64,000 nucleotides of DNA from a bacterium. GTDB lineage: Bacteria; Vulcanimicrobiota; Vulcanimicrobiia; Vulcanimicrobiales; SCRA01. Within the stretch, counting starts at the first letter, position 1; every line of letters starts with the position of its first letter. A model generated the notes under the pieces. The model saw only the letters and a list, made by a program, of their open reading frames with translations, did not search any database and was not told the DNA's origin. Shown here piece after piece: positions 37,739-46,816 of this stretch. Position numbers and translations under genes: made by a program. The stretch covers positions 130,456 to 194,455 of the forward strand of contig SCRI01000086.1 in NCBI GenBank assembly GCA_004298675.1, written 5' to 3'.

Positions 37739-39001
37739 CTATGACGGATAGACCATGTGGCAGACGGAGGCAGGCGACGAGCCGAGGCGCTCCGGCTCCT
37801 GGCGGTCGATGATGTCGAAGACGTCCTTGGGATCCGCCGCTGTGCCGTTGGCGCGCAGCTTCGCGAGCCAGACCGGCCACATCAGCGAATGATCGGCGCG
37901 GCGATAGTACGACGAGCCCTCCCAGATGGAGTGAAACTTCGCGCCCTCCAGCGTGCGGGCGATCTTCACCGCATCGGTGGATTTGCTTTGATTGATGGCC
38001 CAGAGAAGCCGGTCGGCGGCGACGTAGCCGAAGCAGCTGCGTGCCGTGGGCGGCTCGCCGTACTTCTTGCGATACTCCTCCACGAACTGGTGGCCGGGCG
38101 AGCCGGGGTCGCCCAGCACGCTATTTCCGTCGAAGTACCACTCGGCGCCCCAATAGCCAACGCGCGCTGCCGGCGGCAAGGCCCAGATGTTCTCCAGTTC
38201 CGCCGCCCAGCCCGCGGTTGGAATCTTGTCGAGCAGCCCGAACGACTGCGCCTGTTTCATGAAGTCGACGAAGCCCAGGCCGCCCAGCGTCACGATCACG
38301 CAGTCCGGCTTCGCGGCCATGATCTTCGTGATGTAGGCGCTGTAGTCCGACGTCCCGATCGGCGTCAAGTCGTTGTTGATGACCGTGCCGCCGACCTTGC
38401 CGTTGATGTCGCCGTAGCCTTTGACGATGGCATGACCGAACGCGTAGTCGTCGGTGATCATGTACCAGCGCTTGCCGAAGAGCTTGGCGATCGAATACCC
38501 GGTGGCATGCGTCATCATCCAGGTATTGTGGCACGTCATGAAGGTGTTCCAGTGGCAGTCCTTGCCGACCGCGTCGTCGGTGTGACCGCCGCTGTCCACG
38601 AAGGCAACGCCGAGATTGTTGGCGGCCGCACCGGTGGAGAGCGTGGCCGCGCTGTTGACGGTGCCGAAGAGCGCGGAGACGTGGTCTAGCTGAACCAGCT
38701 TGCGCGCCTTCTCCACGCTTACGCCTGGGTTGTTCTGGTTATCCTCGACGACGACTTCGACTTTGCGCCCCATGACGCCGCCGCGGCGATTCCATAACTC
38801 CACCGCGAGCGCGCTCCCGCGCACGTGGTTTTGCGCGAGTGCGCTGAACGGCCCGGTGAGCTCCTCGATCTCGCCGATCCGGATGCTGTCGGCCGCCTCA
38901 CCGCGGCGCGGAATGAAGGCGGGAAAGCCGCCGGCTAGAACGGCGGCGGCGCCGCCAAGCCCGCGTACCACGGCGCGGCGAGAGATAGAAGGTTGCGTCA
39001 T
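37739..39001 (-). CDS. ABC transporter substrate-binding protein (LivJ/branched-chain amino acid type), Tat signal
   Basis: The ATG at 39001 (MTQPSISRRAVVRGLGGAAA) forms an ATGA overlap with the upstream gene. It has a periplasmic-binding-protein type I pattern. Confidence 0.75.
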   Translation of the reverse strand: MTQPSISRRAVVRGLGGAAAVLAGGFPAFIPRRGEAADSIRIGEIEELTGPFSALAQNHVRGSALAVELWNRRGGVMGRKVEVVVEDNQNNPGVSVEKARKLVQLDHVSALFGTVNSAATLSTGAAANNLGVAFVDSGGHTDDAVGKDCHWNTFMTCHNTWMMTHATGYSIAKLFGKRWYMITDDYAFGHAIVKGYGDINGKVGGTVINNDLTPIGTSDYSAYITKIMAAKPDCVIVTLGGLGFVDFMKQAQSFGLLDKIPTAGWAAELENIWALPPAARVGYWGAEWYFDGNSVLGDPGSPGHQFVEEYRKKYGEPPTARSCFGYVAADRLLWAINQSKSTDAVKIARTLEGAKFHSIWEGSSYYRRADHSLMWPVWLAKLRANGTAADPKDVFDIIDRQEPERLGSSPASVCHMVYPS

Positions 39002-40104
39002 CGAGAAAGACTCCCTTCGCTCAGAAGATGCTCCATGTGCTCGCGCGAGAGACCGCAACTCTCCGCCGCCTGCAAGATGCCTTCCCAGACGGCGTCTTCT
39101 AATGGAATGCCTTCGCGGCGCCGGCGCTCCCGCGAGCGCTGCTCGGGTCCGCCGGGCATCAGGACCTCGGTGCCGGGGACGGCGGGACGCGAACTCGTGA
39201 AGAAAGCCGCGAAGGCGCGTACCTCGTCCGTAAAGGCCCGCGCGTCCCCGAAGGCGGATGGCGCGAGGTAGATCGAGAGCATCGCATTGGTGATGCTTGG
39301 GTGGGCGCTCGCCGCGGTGCCGCCGCCGGAGAACGCCCCCGCCAACAGCTCGCACATGAACGAGAGGCCGGAGCCCTTATGCTGTCCGAAGGCACGAATC
39401 GCACCGGGACCGTCGCGTGCATCGGCGGGCTTTCCTGGATGCGGCGTGCCATAGAGCGCCGCGGGATCGCCGGTCGTGCGCCCGTCGGGCTCCACCAGTG
39501 CGTCGGGCGGCAACGCTGCGCCACCCTTGTAGGCGACCAGCGCCTTGCCTTCGGCGACCGTGGAGGTCGCGAAGTCGAGTACGATCGGCAGTTCGCCCGT
39601 CACCGGAATGCCGATCGCAATCGGATTGGTGGACATGCGCCGCTCGACGCCGTTGAAGGGCGCCACCAAGATGCTTCCCGGCACGTTGACGAAATGGATC
39701 GAGATCAAGCCCGCGGCTGCCGCGCGCTCGGCCCACTCGCCGATGCGTCCGACGTGCGCCGTGTGACGCAGCGCGACGATCGCCATGCCCGAGGTCGTCG
39801 CCTTGCCGATGCCGAGATCGGTTGCTTGTTGCGCGATCGTCTGCCCGAAGCCGTTGTTGCCGTCGACGACGGCCAGCACGGGGGTCTCCGTGACGATCGT
39901 GATGCCGCGCCCAGCGTGAACGTCGCCGCGTTTGAGCGCGGCGATGTAGCGCGGCACGCGGATCACGCCGTGGCTGTCATGGCCGGTGAGGTTGGTCTCG
40001 ACCAGGGACTCCGCGACGCGTGCGCTCTCGACTGCGGAGCAGCCTGCAGCTTCGAAGATCGCCGCAACGGTACGGCGCAGGGCGGCCGCCTCAATGGATC
40101 TCAT
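38998..40104 (-). CDS. Ldh_2 family (malate/L-lactate/ureidoglycolate-type) dehydrogenase
   Basis: 368 aa. Motifs: TNLTGHDSHGV, MSTNPIAIG, FGQHKGSGLS. Confidence 0.8.
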   Translation of the reverse strand: MRSIEAAALRRTVAAIFEAAGCSAVESARVAESLVETNLTGHDSHGVIRVPRYIAALKRGDVHAGRGITIVTETPVLAVVDGNNGFGQTIAQQATDLGIGKATTSGMAIVALRHTAHVGRIGEWAERAAAAGLISIHFVNVPGSILVAPFNGVERRMSTNPIAIGIPVTGELPIVLDFATSTVAEGKALVAYKGGAALPPDALVEPDGRTTGDPAALYGTPHPGKPADARDGPGAIRAFGQHKGSGLSFMCELLAGAFSGGGTAASAHPSITNAMLSIYLAPSAFGDARAFTDEVRAFAAFFTSSRPAVPGTEVLMPGGPEQRSRERRRREGIPLEDAVWEGILQAAESCGLSREHMEHLLSEGSLSR

Positions 40105-40798
40105 CGGCGTTCTCTAACGCGGCGCGCAGCCGCGTGATATCGAAGCCGCTGCGGCGTGCCGCCTCCAAGACGACGGCCTCGCGCCGCGCGCAGAGCGCGG
40201 CGGCCGCGGGAACCTCGGCGGCAACGGTGTGCGGGATCACGACCGCCCCATGGCGATCGGCATGAATGAGATCGTTGTGCGCCACCGTCATGCCGAAAAC
40301 GTTCACTTGCACGCCGAAGTCGACGGCGTGGACGTGCGCGTGGCTGGGCCCTAGCTTGCCGCCCAGCAACTGAAATCCCGGCGCGAGCGCGCCGAGGTCG
40401 CGGAACGAGCCGTTGGTAATGGCGCCCAGGCAGCCCAAGCCCTGGTGGATGGTCGAGTTGACCTCGCCCCAGAAGGCGCCGAAGCCTGGTTCGGGGTCTA
40501 GATCCTGCATGACGACGATGCTGGGGCCCGGCGGCTGCGCGACGTAGGCGTAGTAGTCGAGGCGCTTGCGGCGCGTCTCTTCCTTGGTCTGTGCCGGCGG
40601 CTCGACGGCGCGCATCGTCGCCGTGCGCGCATAGCCGACGATGGGGGCGTGTTCCGGTTCGGCGCAGACGAAGTGGTGCGTGGTGAAGCCGGTGGCGCGG
40701 CGCTGCGGCGCGACGATCTCCAGCGCATTGCAGATCGTCGGCGTGTCGAACTGCGCCAACTGCTGCAGAAGCTCGAGGGAAAGAGATTCCGCGCTCAT
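40091..40798 (-). CDS. RraA family protein (4-hydroxy-4-methyl-2-oxoglutarate aldolase/oxaloacetate decarboxylase-like)
   Basis: The ATG at 40798. Motifs: FDTPTICNALE ... FWGEVN ... GAITNGSFRD. Confidence 0.7.
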   Translation of the reverse strand: MSAESLSLELLQQLAQFDTPTICNALEIVAPQRRATGFTTHHFVCAEPEHAPIVGYARTATMRAVEPPAQTKEETRRKRLDYYAYVAQPPGPSIVVMQDLDPEPGFGAFWGEVNSTIHQGLGCLGAITNGSFRDLGALAPGFQLLGGKLGPSHAHVHAVDFGVQVNVFGMTVAHNDLIHADRHGAVVIPHTVAAEVPAAAALCARREAVVLEAARRSGFDITRLRAALENADEIH

Positions 40799-40834
40799 CG
40801 TTCTCCCCGCTGAAGAAGTCTGGTCGCGTAAGAA

Positions 40835-40855
40835 GTTGTCTAATGACTTGACGAC
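40835..40855. promoter_or_regulatory. candidate GntR-type operator, copy 1
   Basis: GTTGTC-taatgactt-GACGAC, 37-57 nt upstream of the rraA-like start. It has the same architecture as the sites at 49507 and 59783. Confidence 0.5.
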
Positions 40856-41256
40856 TTCCTGGTGCCCCTGTATGGCGCGACGTAATGCAAGATCGATGCA
40901 GCACCACTGATGCGCACTTCGATCGGCGGCGATTAGCGGACGTAGCGTTGAAGCGCAGCCCGTCCTGCCATGTGCTACGGTCCTCACGACGACGAGTACA
41001 TCAGTCCTCTTCGGCAGTGTGCCGACATGGTGGCACACCAGCCTACTATGCTGTGCGCGTGATGCGTATTAAGCGGGAACGTGTGCTCGACGTCTACTGC
41101 GAATTCTAAGACGCCTTTGTTGGACGGGGCGTTGCGGGCCTTGCCGGGATACGGGGTGCGGATTGGCGGCGAGTGGCGGCACCGAGATCGCCGCGGTGGC
41201 CCGCTTGTCGTGGCCTATCGTTAGAACGAACGTGTGTTTGATACCGACGCCGCCCA

Positions 41257-41285
41257 TTGATTCTCGAAATATAGACTGATATAAT
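41257..41285 (+). promoter_or_regulatory. sigma-70-type promoter of the cas operon
   Basis: TTGATT (41257-41262), a 17-nt spacer, then consensus TATAAT (41280-41285), in an AT-rich stretch. A GAGGTGA ribosome-binding site lies ahead of the ATG at 41329. Confidence 0.55.
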
Positions 41286-41328
41286 CATTTGGAACATGGT
41301 TATACATTAGGCTGTTCAGAGGTGAAAT

Positions 41329-42546
41329 ATGCTTGATGAACTTCGAAATGCGGTTCAAGAAGCCAACGCCCTCTACTTTGTGACATTGTTGCGAGCGGAT
41401 GACGCTGGCGCTCGGCGTCCGGACGACACGACCGAGCCATCGATTGTCGCCCCGGCGACGTACGCGGCGATCCCTGGGGTCCCTAACAGCGGCGGCCCTC
41501 GCGTCAATCGCGTTCGGACGCACGACCGCGCTGAGGCCCGGACCGTCCTAAGCTCAACCGGTGCTGAAGCCCACCGCCATAAGCTTGCCCTCCGCGATGC
41601 CCTCGCGGAAGACCCGGCACTTCCCTTCCCACGTGTTCACGTCGAAGGCGCGGTCGATCTCAAGGGAAAGGGCAGGCGCCCATGGGCGCTCGACATACTC
41701 GACCTTCCGCACGGCGGCTCTGATACGTATCTGCGGTGGACGAGCGAGTGGAGTGAGTTTGACCCGTTTGTCATGGGGTTCGGCCAGCTCGATCTGCGCG
41801 ACGATGCTACGAGGATCTACCAGCGTTGCATCCACATGCTCCTCGTGGGCGGCTGGGCGTCGTACTATCGCGCTGCGGCTCGGATACCACGCACTCTAAG
41901 CTCTAGCATTGAAGGCATCACGATCCTGCCCAACGATACGGCCGACGACCCTCTCGTCACGTACAAAACGCAACGTAGCGATCCTCTCATCAAGGGCACC
42001 ATCGGTCTCCCTGAGGGAATGAAACCCAAAAAGAAAGACAAAGATAAGCTCAGCGCTGAAGGCCTTGGGGATATTCCGGGTAAGCACCCTACGTCGAAGG
42101 TGCTCATTGACTACGCGGTTGCCAAGACGACGATCAGCTTCGCTGGATTGCGCCAAATCCGCTTCGCTGAAAATGGCGGGCGTTCACACGAACGTGACCT
42201 CGCTGGCCGAACCGTTGCAGCTGCGCTAGGCTTATTGATGCACGAGCTTGTTCAGCGGCACGGCTATTACTTGCGCTCTGGCTGCTCCCTAGTGCCAATC
42301 TTAGGTAAAACGTCTCGAGTACTTGTCGGTGCCGACGGCCGGGAATCTGCATTACCGTGGGATCAGGATGCACGTCCGCGTTTGACCATCGCGAGGGAAC
42401 TCTACGTTGCCGCTGTGCAGGCCGCCGAGGGAACGGGTCTGCAATTCGACCCGGCGCGGACGTTGCATGCGGACCGTAACCTTAACGATGCCGTCTCCCA
42501 TTCTACGCGTTTCGAGCGCGTCGACGAAGATGAGGGGGTCGCATGA
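41329..42546 (+). CDS. cas7: Csb1/Cas7u-like protein (type I-G/I-U backbone subunit candidate)
   Basis: 405 aa. The call rests on position (first gene, immediately upstream of csb2) and loose similarity to the GSU0053 family pattern as I remember it (APATYA near the N-terminus; LRQIRF ... AAALGLL near the C-terminus). It needs an HMM check. Confidence 0.6.
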   Translation: MLDELRNAVQEANALYFVTLLRADDAGARRPDDTTEPSIVAPATYAAIPGVPNSGGPRVNRVRTHDRAEARTVLSSTGAEAHRHKLALRDALAEDPALPFPRVHVEGAVDLKGKGRRPWALDILDLPHGGSDTYLRWTSEWSEFDPFVMGFGQLDLRDDATRIYQRCIHMLLVGGWASYYRAAARIPRTLSSSIEGITILPNDTADDPLVTYKTQRSDPLIKGTIGLPEGMKPKKKDKDKLSAEGLGDIPGKHPTSKVLIDYAVAKTTISFAGLRQIRFAENGGRSHERDLAGRTVAAALGLLMHELVQRHGYYLRSGCSLVPILGKTSRVLVGADGRESALPWDQDARPRLTIARELYVAAVQAAEGTGLQFDPARTLHADRNLNDAVSHSTRFERVDEDEGVA

Positions 42547-43988
42547 CGACGATTGCCGCCCGTTTCCTCTCGAATCGATACGTAGCGCGGCGCTCCGACG
42601 ATCTGGCATCGGCGGAATGGCCCCCTAGCCCCGATCGCCTCTATCAGGCGCTCGTCAATGCGGCCTCACGGCTCGACGTGGAAAGAGGGAAGGCGCGGGC
42701 GTGGCTCGAGTGGCTATCTGGGCAACCGGCGCCGACAATCGTCGCTGTCCCGCAAGTACAGGAGCGCACAAGACACCGACGTTATGACCCCCGTAACGCC
42801 GAGACTCGGCGGCAGGTCGTCGAGCAGGGGCGCAAGCACGTCGTCACCTTGATCGACCAGCGTCAAGATCTGATCGATCTCGTCGATACGCCGCTCGCGC
42901 ACCCCCTCGTCATCTACCACTACGCAGACCGCGTTCCTGACGACCTGATTAGTGTCGCCGATCGCGTTGCCGCGAACGTAGGCTACCTAGGTACGAGCGA
43001 ATCCCCCGTACTGCTACGACTTGCCGAACCCATAGTCGGCACCGATCATCGCACCTTCGTTCCCGATGATGACGGGGACCTGATACTGCCGACGCCGTAT
43101 CCAAATCGCCTTGGTGACCTTGACGCGATGTTCGCTGATGCCTATCGGCCGGACCGCCCAGTCTGGGCACCATCGCTGCGTATCGACGCGCGGCGTACGC
43201 GCTATGCAATCGTCGAGAATCGCAAGTCTAGACCCCGAAGTGGCGATTACGAAGATCTCGTCGCACTTGCGTTCACCGTTGCGCCGAACGTCGATTCCCG
43301 GTTCTTCCCGGCCTTCGTCGCCGCGGTGCGTGCAGCGTACCTTCGCCGGCTTCCCGATGGGGTTCACGGGATGCTCTCAGGTCACGATCATACCGCGCCG
43401 GATCCGAGCTCTACGGCATACCCCGGTGCGCATGCTGCGTTTCTACCGCTTGCCGACGTCAACATGCCGTATGCGAGCTCGCGACTCCGTGGCATCGCCC
43501 TGGCTCTACCGTATGCAATGGGCTATGACCCCCGCCGACAAGCGATAGCCGCCTTCGATATCGATCACATCGTTGTCGCTGGCAGCAAGTACGAGCTGAC
43601 GCCGGTCATCCCTCTCGACCGCGAGTTCGAGGCAACCAGACTCGCACGTTACAGTCGCGTTGGCCGGACCTGGGCGACGCTGACGCCCATTCGTCTCTGG
43701 AAGATGCCCAATCGTAATGGGGGCGATGTTCCGGCGCTAGTCGCGGAGGCCATCCAGCAGACCGGCTACCCGGAACCGCGGTGGATCGAGATTGGTCCTG
43801 CGCCGTATGTGCCCGGCGCGCTCCACGTCACCGCTTACCGTCATCGATTCGAAAAGCCGTACTGGCTCGTTCACGCCCGATTCCAGTTTAGTGAGCCCGT
43901 GCGCGGACCGATGCTCGTTGGGCGAGGACGCTCGGTTGGTTTCGGCTTCTGCGGACTGGTGAACAGCGCAGGGATGCGGGTCGCGTGA
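42543..43988 (+). CDS. csb2: Csb2 (Cas5u-Cas6 fusion, type I-G/I-U)
   Basis: 481 aa. The N-terminal FLSNRYVARRSDDLASAEWPPSPDRLYQALVNAA matches the Csb2 signature (GRYHA ... EWPPxPxRLFxALV) as I remember it. The start forms an ATGA overlap with the upstream gene. Confidence 0.75.
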   Translation: MTTIAARFLSNRYVARRSDDLASAEWPPSPDRLYQALVNAASRLDVERGKARAWLEWLSGQPAPTIVAVPQVQERTRHRRYDPRNAETRRQVVEQGRKHVVTLIDQRQDLIDLVDTPLAHPLVIYHYADRVPDDLISVADRVAANVGYLGTSESPVLLRLAEPIVGTDHRTFVPDDDGDLILPTPYPNRLGDLDAMFADAYRPDRPVWAPSLRIDARRTRYAIVENRKSRPRSGDYEDLVALAFTVAPNVDSRFFPAFVAAVRAAYLRRLPDGVHGMLSGHDHTAPDPSSTAYPGAHAAFLPLADVNMPYASSRLRGIALALPYAMGYDPRRQAIAAFDIDHIVVAGSKYELTPVIPLDREFEATRLARYSRVGRTWATLTPIRLWKMPNRNGGDVPALVAEAIQQTGYPEPRWIEIGPAPYVPGALHVTAYRHRFEKPYWLVHARFQFSEPVRGPMLVGRGRSVGFGFCGLVNSAGMRVA

Positions 43989-46816
43989 GGTTCGAAGACT
44001 TCTTCAGCGCCGTGACCGGGAACACGCCGTTCGACTGGCAGCGTCGGCTTGCCGATCAGGTCACGCAGAACGATCCAGCACGCGTGAGCTGGCCAGACCT
44101 GATCGAGCTTCCTACTTCGGCAGGGAAGACGTCGATCCAACTCATCGCGGCGTATGCGCTCGCGGTGCACCCGAACGCACATCGTCGGATCGTCTACGTT
44201 ATCGACAGGCGTACCGTCGCCGACGATGCCTACGAGACCGCGCATATTCTCCGGGAACGGCTCAGGCGGGGCGATCCTGCCCTGGCCCCGTTTGCCGCTT
44301 CTCTTCGTTACAATGTCGGTCTGAAGTCCACGGAACCCTTGCTTGAGACACATCTCCTCCGCGGAGGTCTCGGAGAGCCGTTGGCGCGATTACGGTCCCC
44401 AATCGCGCCAACGATCCTCGTTGGAACAGTAGATCAGCTCGGGTCGCGACTTTTGTTTCGCGGTTACGGTGTCAGCGAACGCATGCGTCCGGTCGCGGCA
44501 GGACTACTCGCCTACGATACGCTCTGGATCGTCGATGAGGCACATCTTTCCCCGGCCTTCTTGGACACCCTACGTGCCGTGCGTGCATCGGTCTTGGCAT
44601 CTCCACTTCCGCACGATCGTCCACTGCACCTCATTGAGATGACTGCTACCCCGCGCAAGCGCGCCGGGCGAACCGTCTTTGCACTGGGGAGACCCGACGA
44701 TCGCATCGCTCAGAGAATCAGCTGCTCTAAGCCCGCGTTGATTCGTGATCCAATTCAGACAAGAGATCTGGTTGCTGCGTTCGCAGCGCTCGTCGAGGAA
44801 GCGCTGGGATCAAAATCCTTTCGGCGCCTCGGCGTGATCGTGAACCGAGTAGGACTGGCGCGCGAGATTTTCGATGCGCTTCGAAAGGGCGGGTCGAAAG
44901 ATAGCGCAGACTATCTCTTATTCATCGGTCCGATTCGTCCGTACGATCGTAAGTTGCTCTACGAGCGTTCTGCCGCCGTGTCTCTCAAGGCGCAGTCGCA
45001 CGAGCGACGCGCCCACCCGGTAGTCGCCATCTGCACGCAGACGATTGAGGTCGGAGCAGACATCGACTTTGATGCCTTATTCGTCCAAGCGGCACCCCTC
45101 GACGCGCTGCGTCAGCGCTTCGGTCGTCATAATCGGCTTGGCTCGAGCAACGGCACACTTGCGATTATTGTGCCAGAACTGCTCGAAAAAGTGGAGCCCA
45201 TCTACGGAGATGCCACGCAGCGGACGATACGGTGGTTATGTTCGGTCGCCCAGAGGGCGTCATCGGGGCAGAAGGTCGATTTCGGCATAGCCGCCATGGA
45301 CGATGTAGTGGGCCGACTCTCACCGCAAGAGCTTGAGGCGCTGTGCAGTTCGGGACCACTCGGCGAGCCGCTACATGTGCAACACGCGCGAAACCTCGCT
45401 CGCTCCACCAGCCCATGCATCGACGAGCCTGATGTCAGTATCTTCCTTCACGGAGAGCCTGCGCGTGCCGATGTCCAGCTAGTCTGGCGGGAACTCCCCA
45501 AGGACTACGATATCGGTAGGCTCTCGGAAGAGGTCAAGGATGATCTGTCGGCCGCACCACCTTGTGCTGGGGAAATGCTAAGTATCCCGGTCTATGCGGC
45601 GCGTTCCTTCCTTGAGGGTGAGAAGGCGGACGTCGCCGATGTTCCGGCAGAGTTGGAATCCACGCGTCAGGGCCGCAGGCACGGGGTTAAGGCAATCCGG
45701 TGGTCACCGGATAAGGACCAGATTGCCGCTGTTGAGCCTGATCAGATTCGACCCGGAGATACCCTCGTGTTACCCCTAAGTGCCGGGGGCTCCGATGAGT
45801 TCGGCTGGTCCCCTGATCGTATGGACTCTGTTTCAGACCTTTCCTTAGCGGCATACTTCGCGAAAAACGGAGACAGAGTTCGAGCCGCGCGAATGAGAGT
45901 CTTGGTTGCATTTGACCCTGAGGATGGTCGCACGGTCACCGAGCGCGTCGACGATGCTCTCACGAACAAGTGTGAAAGCGGTGACGGCTTGCTCGAGCGA
46001 GAGATCGCACGTGTACTGATGCAAGTGCCCAAGGACCAACGAACGATCCAGCTGATCCAAGCCGCAGGCGGCAACGAACATGCGTGGGTAACCTGGCGCG
46101 AGTCGGTGCGCGACGACGAAGATCCAAACGCCGACGCTAGTTCTTTCACGGTCCGCGTGGGGCTCACCGACCACTTAGAGCACGTTGCCGCCCGCGCACT
46201 CGATCTTGCGCAGCGCTGCGGGTTGCTCAAGGAGCTGTGTGAAAAGCTCTCTCTGGCTGGCCTTCTGCATGACCTCGGCAAGGCCGACGTTCGCTTCCAG
46301 ACGGTACTTCGCGGGGGCGATCTCATCGGTGCGCTTCGAGCCGAAGGCCAGACGGAGAACTTGCTGGCGAAGGGCCTTCGGCGATTTGCGGGAGGGGTCC
46401 AGCGTAGCGTTGCCGTTCCAATGTCTGAACGCTGGTTCCCTGGCATGCGCCACGAAGCGATCTCCGTGGCCATGGCTGGTGTCCAAGACCCGTTGGTCCG
46501 TCACCTCATCGGTAGTCATCACGGCTTTGGACGACCGACGTTCCCGACGATTGAGGATGCGGCGCCGCGTACAGTCCGTGCTCGAATCAACGGAGTCGCA
46601 TACGAAGCTTCGAGCGACCATCATCTCAATGCGAGCGGCTGGGATGAGCAATTTGCCGCGTTGCTCGACGATTACGGAATATGGGGCCTCGCGTATCTAG
46701 AGGCAATCTTACGCCTTGCCGACCATCGATGTTCTAGAGAAGAAGAGAGCGGGTCTGTGTTGGGGCTCCCAGAGCGGGATGGAGGAAACTCGTGCAGCTT
46801 GAGCTCGACGGTCTAG
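43985..46816 (+). CDS. cas3: Cas3 helicase-nuclease, type I-G/I-U architecture (helicase N-terminal, HD C-terminal)
   Basis: 943 aa. It has Walker A LPTSAGKTS, DEAH box IVDEAHL, helicase C region QTIEVGADIDFD and QRFGRHNR, and a C-terminal HD domain (HLEHV ... LLHDLGKADVRFQ ... HEAIS ... GSHHG). GTGA start overlap. Confidence 0.85.
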   Translation: MRFEDFFSAVTGNTPFDWQRRLADQVTQNDPARVSWPDLIELPTSAGKTSIQLIAAYALAVHPNAHRRIVYVIDRRTVADDAYETAHILRERLRRGDPALAPFAASLRYNVGLKSTEPLLETHLLRGGLGEPLARLRSPIAPTILVGTVDQLGSRLLFRGYGVSERMRPVAAGLLAYDTLWIVDEAHLSPAFLDTLRAVRASVLASPLPHDRPLHLIEMTATPRKRAGRTVFALGRPDDRIAQRISCSKPALIRDPIQTRDLVAAFAALVEEALGSKSFRRLGVIVNRVGLAREIFDALRKGGSKDSADYLLFIGPIRPYDRKLLYERSAAVSLKAQSHERRAHPVVAICTQTIEVGADIDFDALFVQAAPLDALRQRFGRHNRLGSSNGTLAIIVPELLEKVEPIYGDATQRTIRWLCSVAQRASSGQKVDFGIAAMDDVVGRLSPQELEALCSSGPLGEPLHVQHARNLARSTSPCIDEPDVSIFLHGEPARADVQLVWRELPKDYDIGRLSEEVKDDLSAAPPCAGEMLSIPVYAARSFLEGEKADVADVPAELESTRQGRRHGVKAIRWSPDKDQIAAVEPDQIRPGDTLVLPLSAGGSDEFGWSPDRMDSVSDLSLAAYFAKNGDRVRAARMRVLVAFDPEDGRTVTERVDDALTNKCESGDGLLEREIARVLMQVPKDQRTIQLIQAAGGNEHAWVTWRESVRDDEDPNADASSFTVRVGLTDHLEHVAARALDLAQRCGLLKELCEKLSLAGLLHDLGKADVRFQTVLRGGDLIGALRAEGQTENLLAKGLRRFAGGVQRSVAVPMSERWFPGMRHEAISVAMAGVQDPLVRHLIGSHHGFGRPTFPTIEDAAPRTVRARINGVAYEASSDHHLNASGWDEQFAALLDDYGIWGLAYLEAILRLADHRCSREEESGSVLGLPERDGGNSCSLSSTV

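Noticed and set aside
40885-41523. Small ORFs in the region upstream of the cas operon (40885..41109 +, 41069..41257 -, 41106..41297 -, 41221..41523 -).
   Set aside because: They overlap one another, have no ribosome-binding site, and have no recognisable protein features. One runs antisense through the cas promoter and the cas7 start. I treat the region as non-coding (see the finding on the orphan segment).
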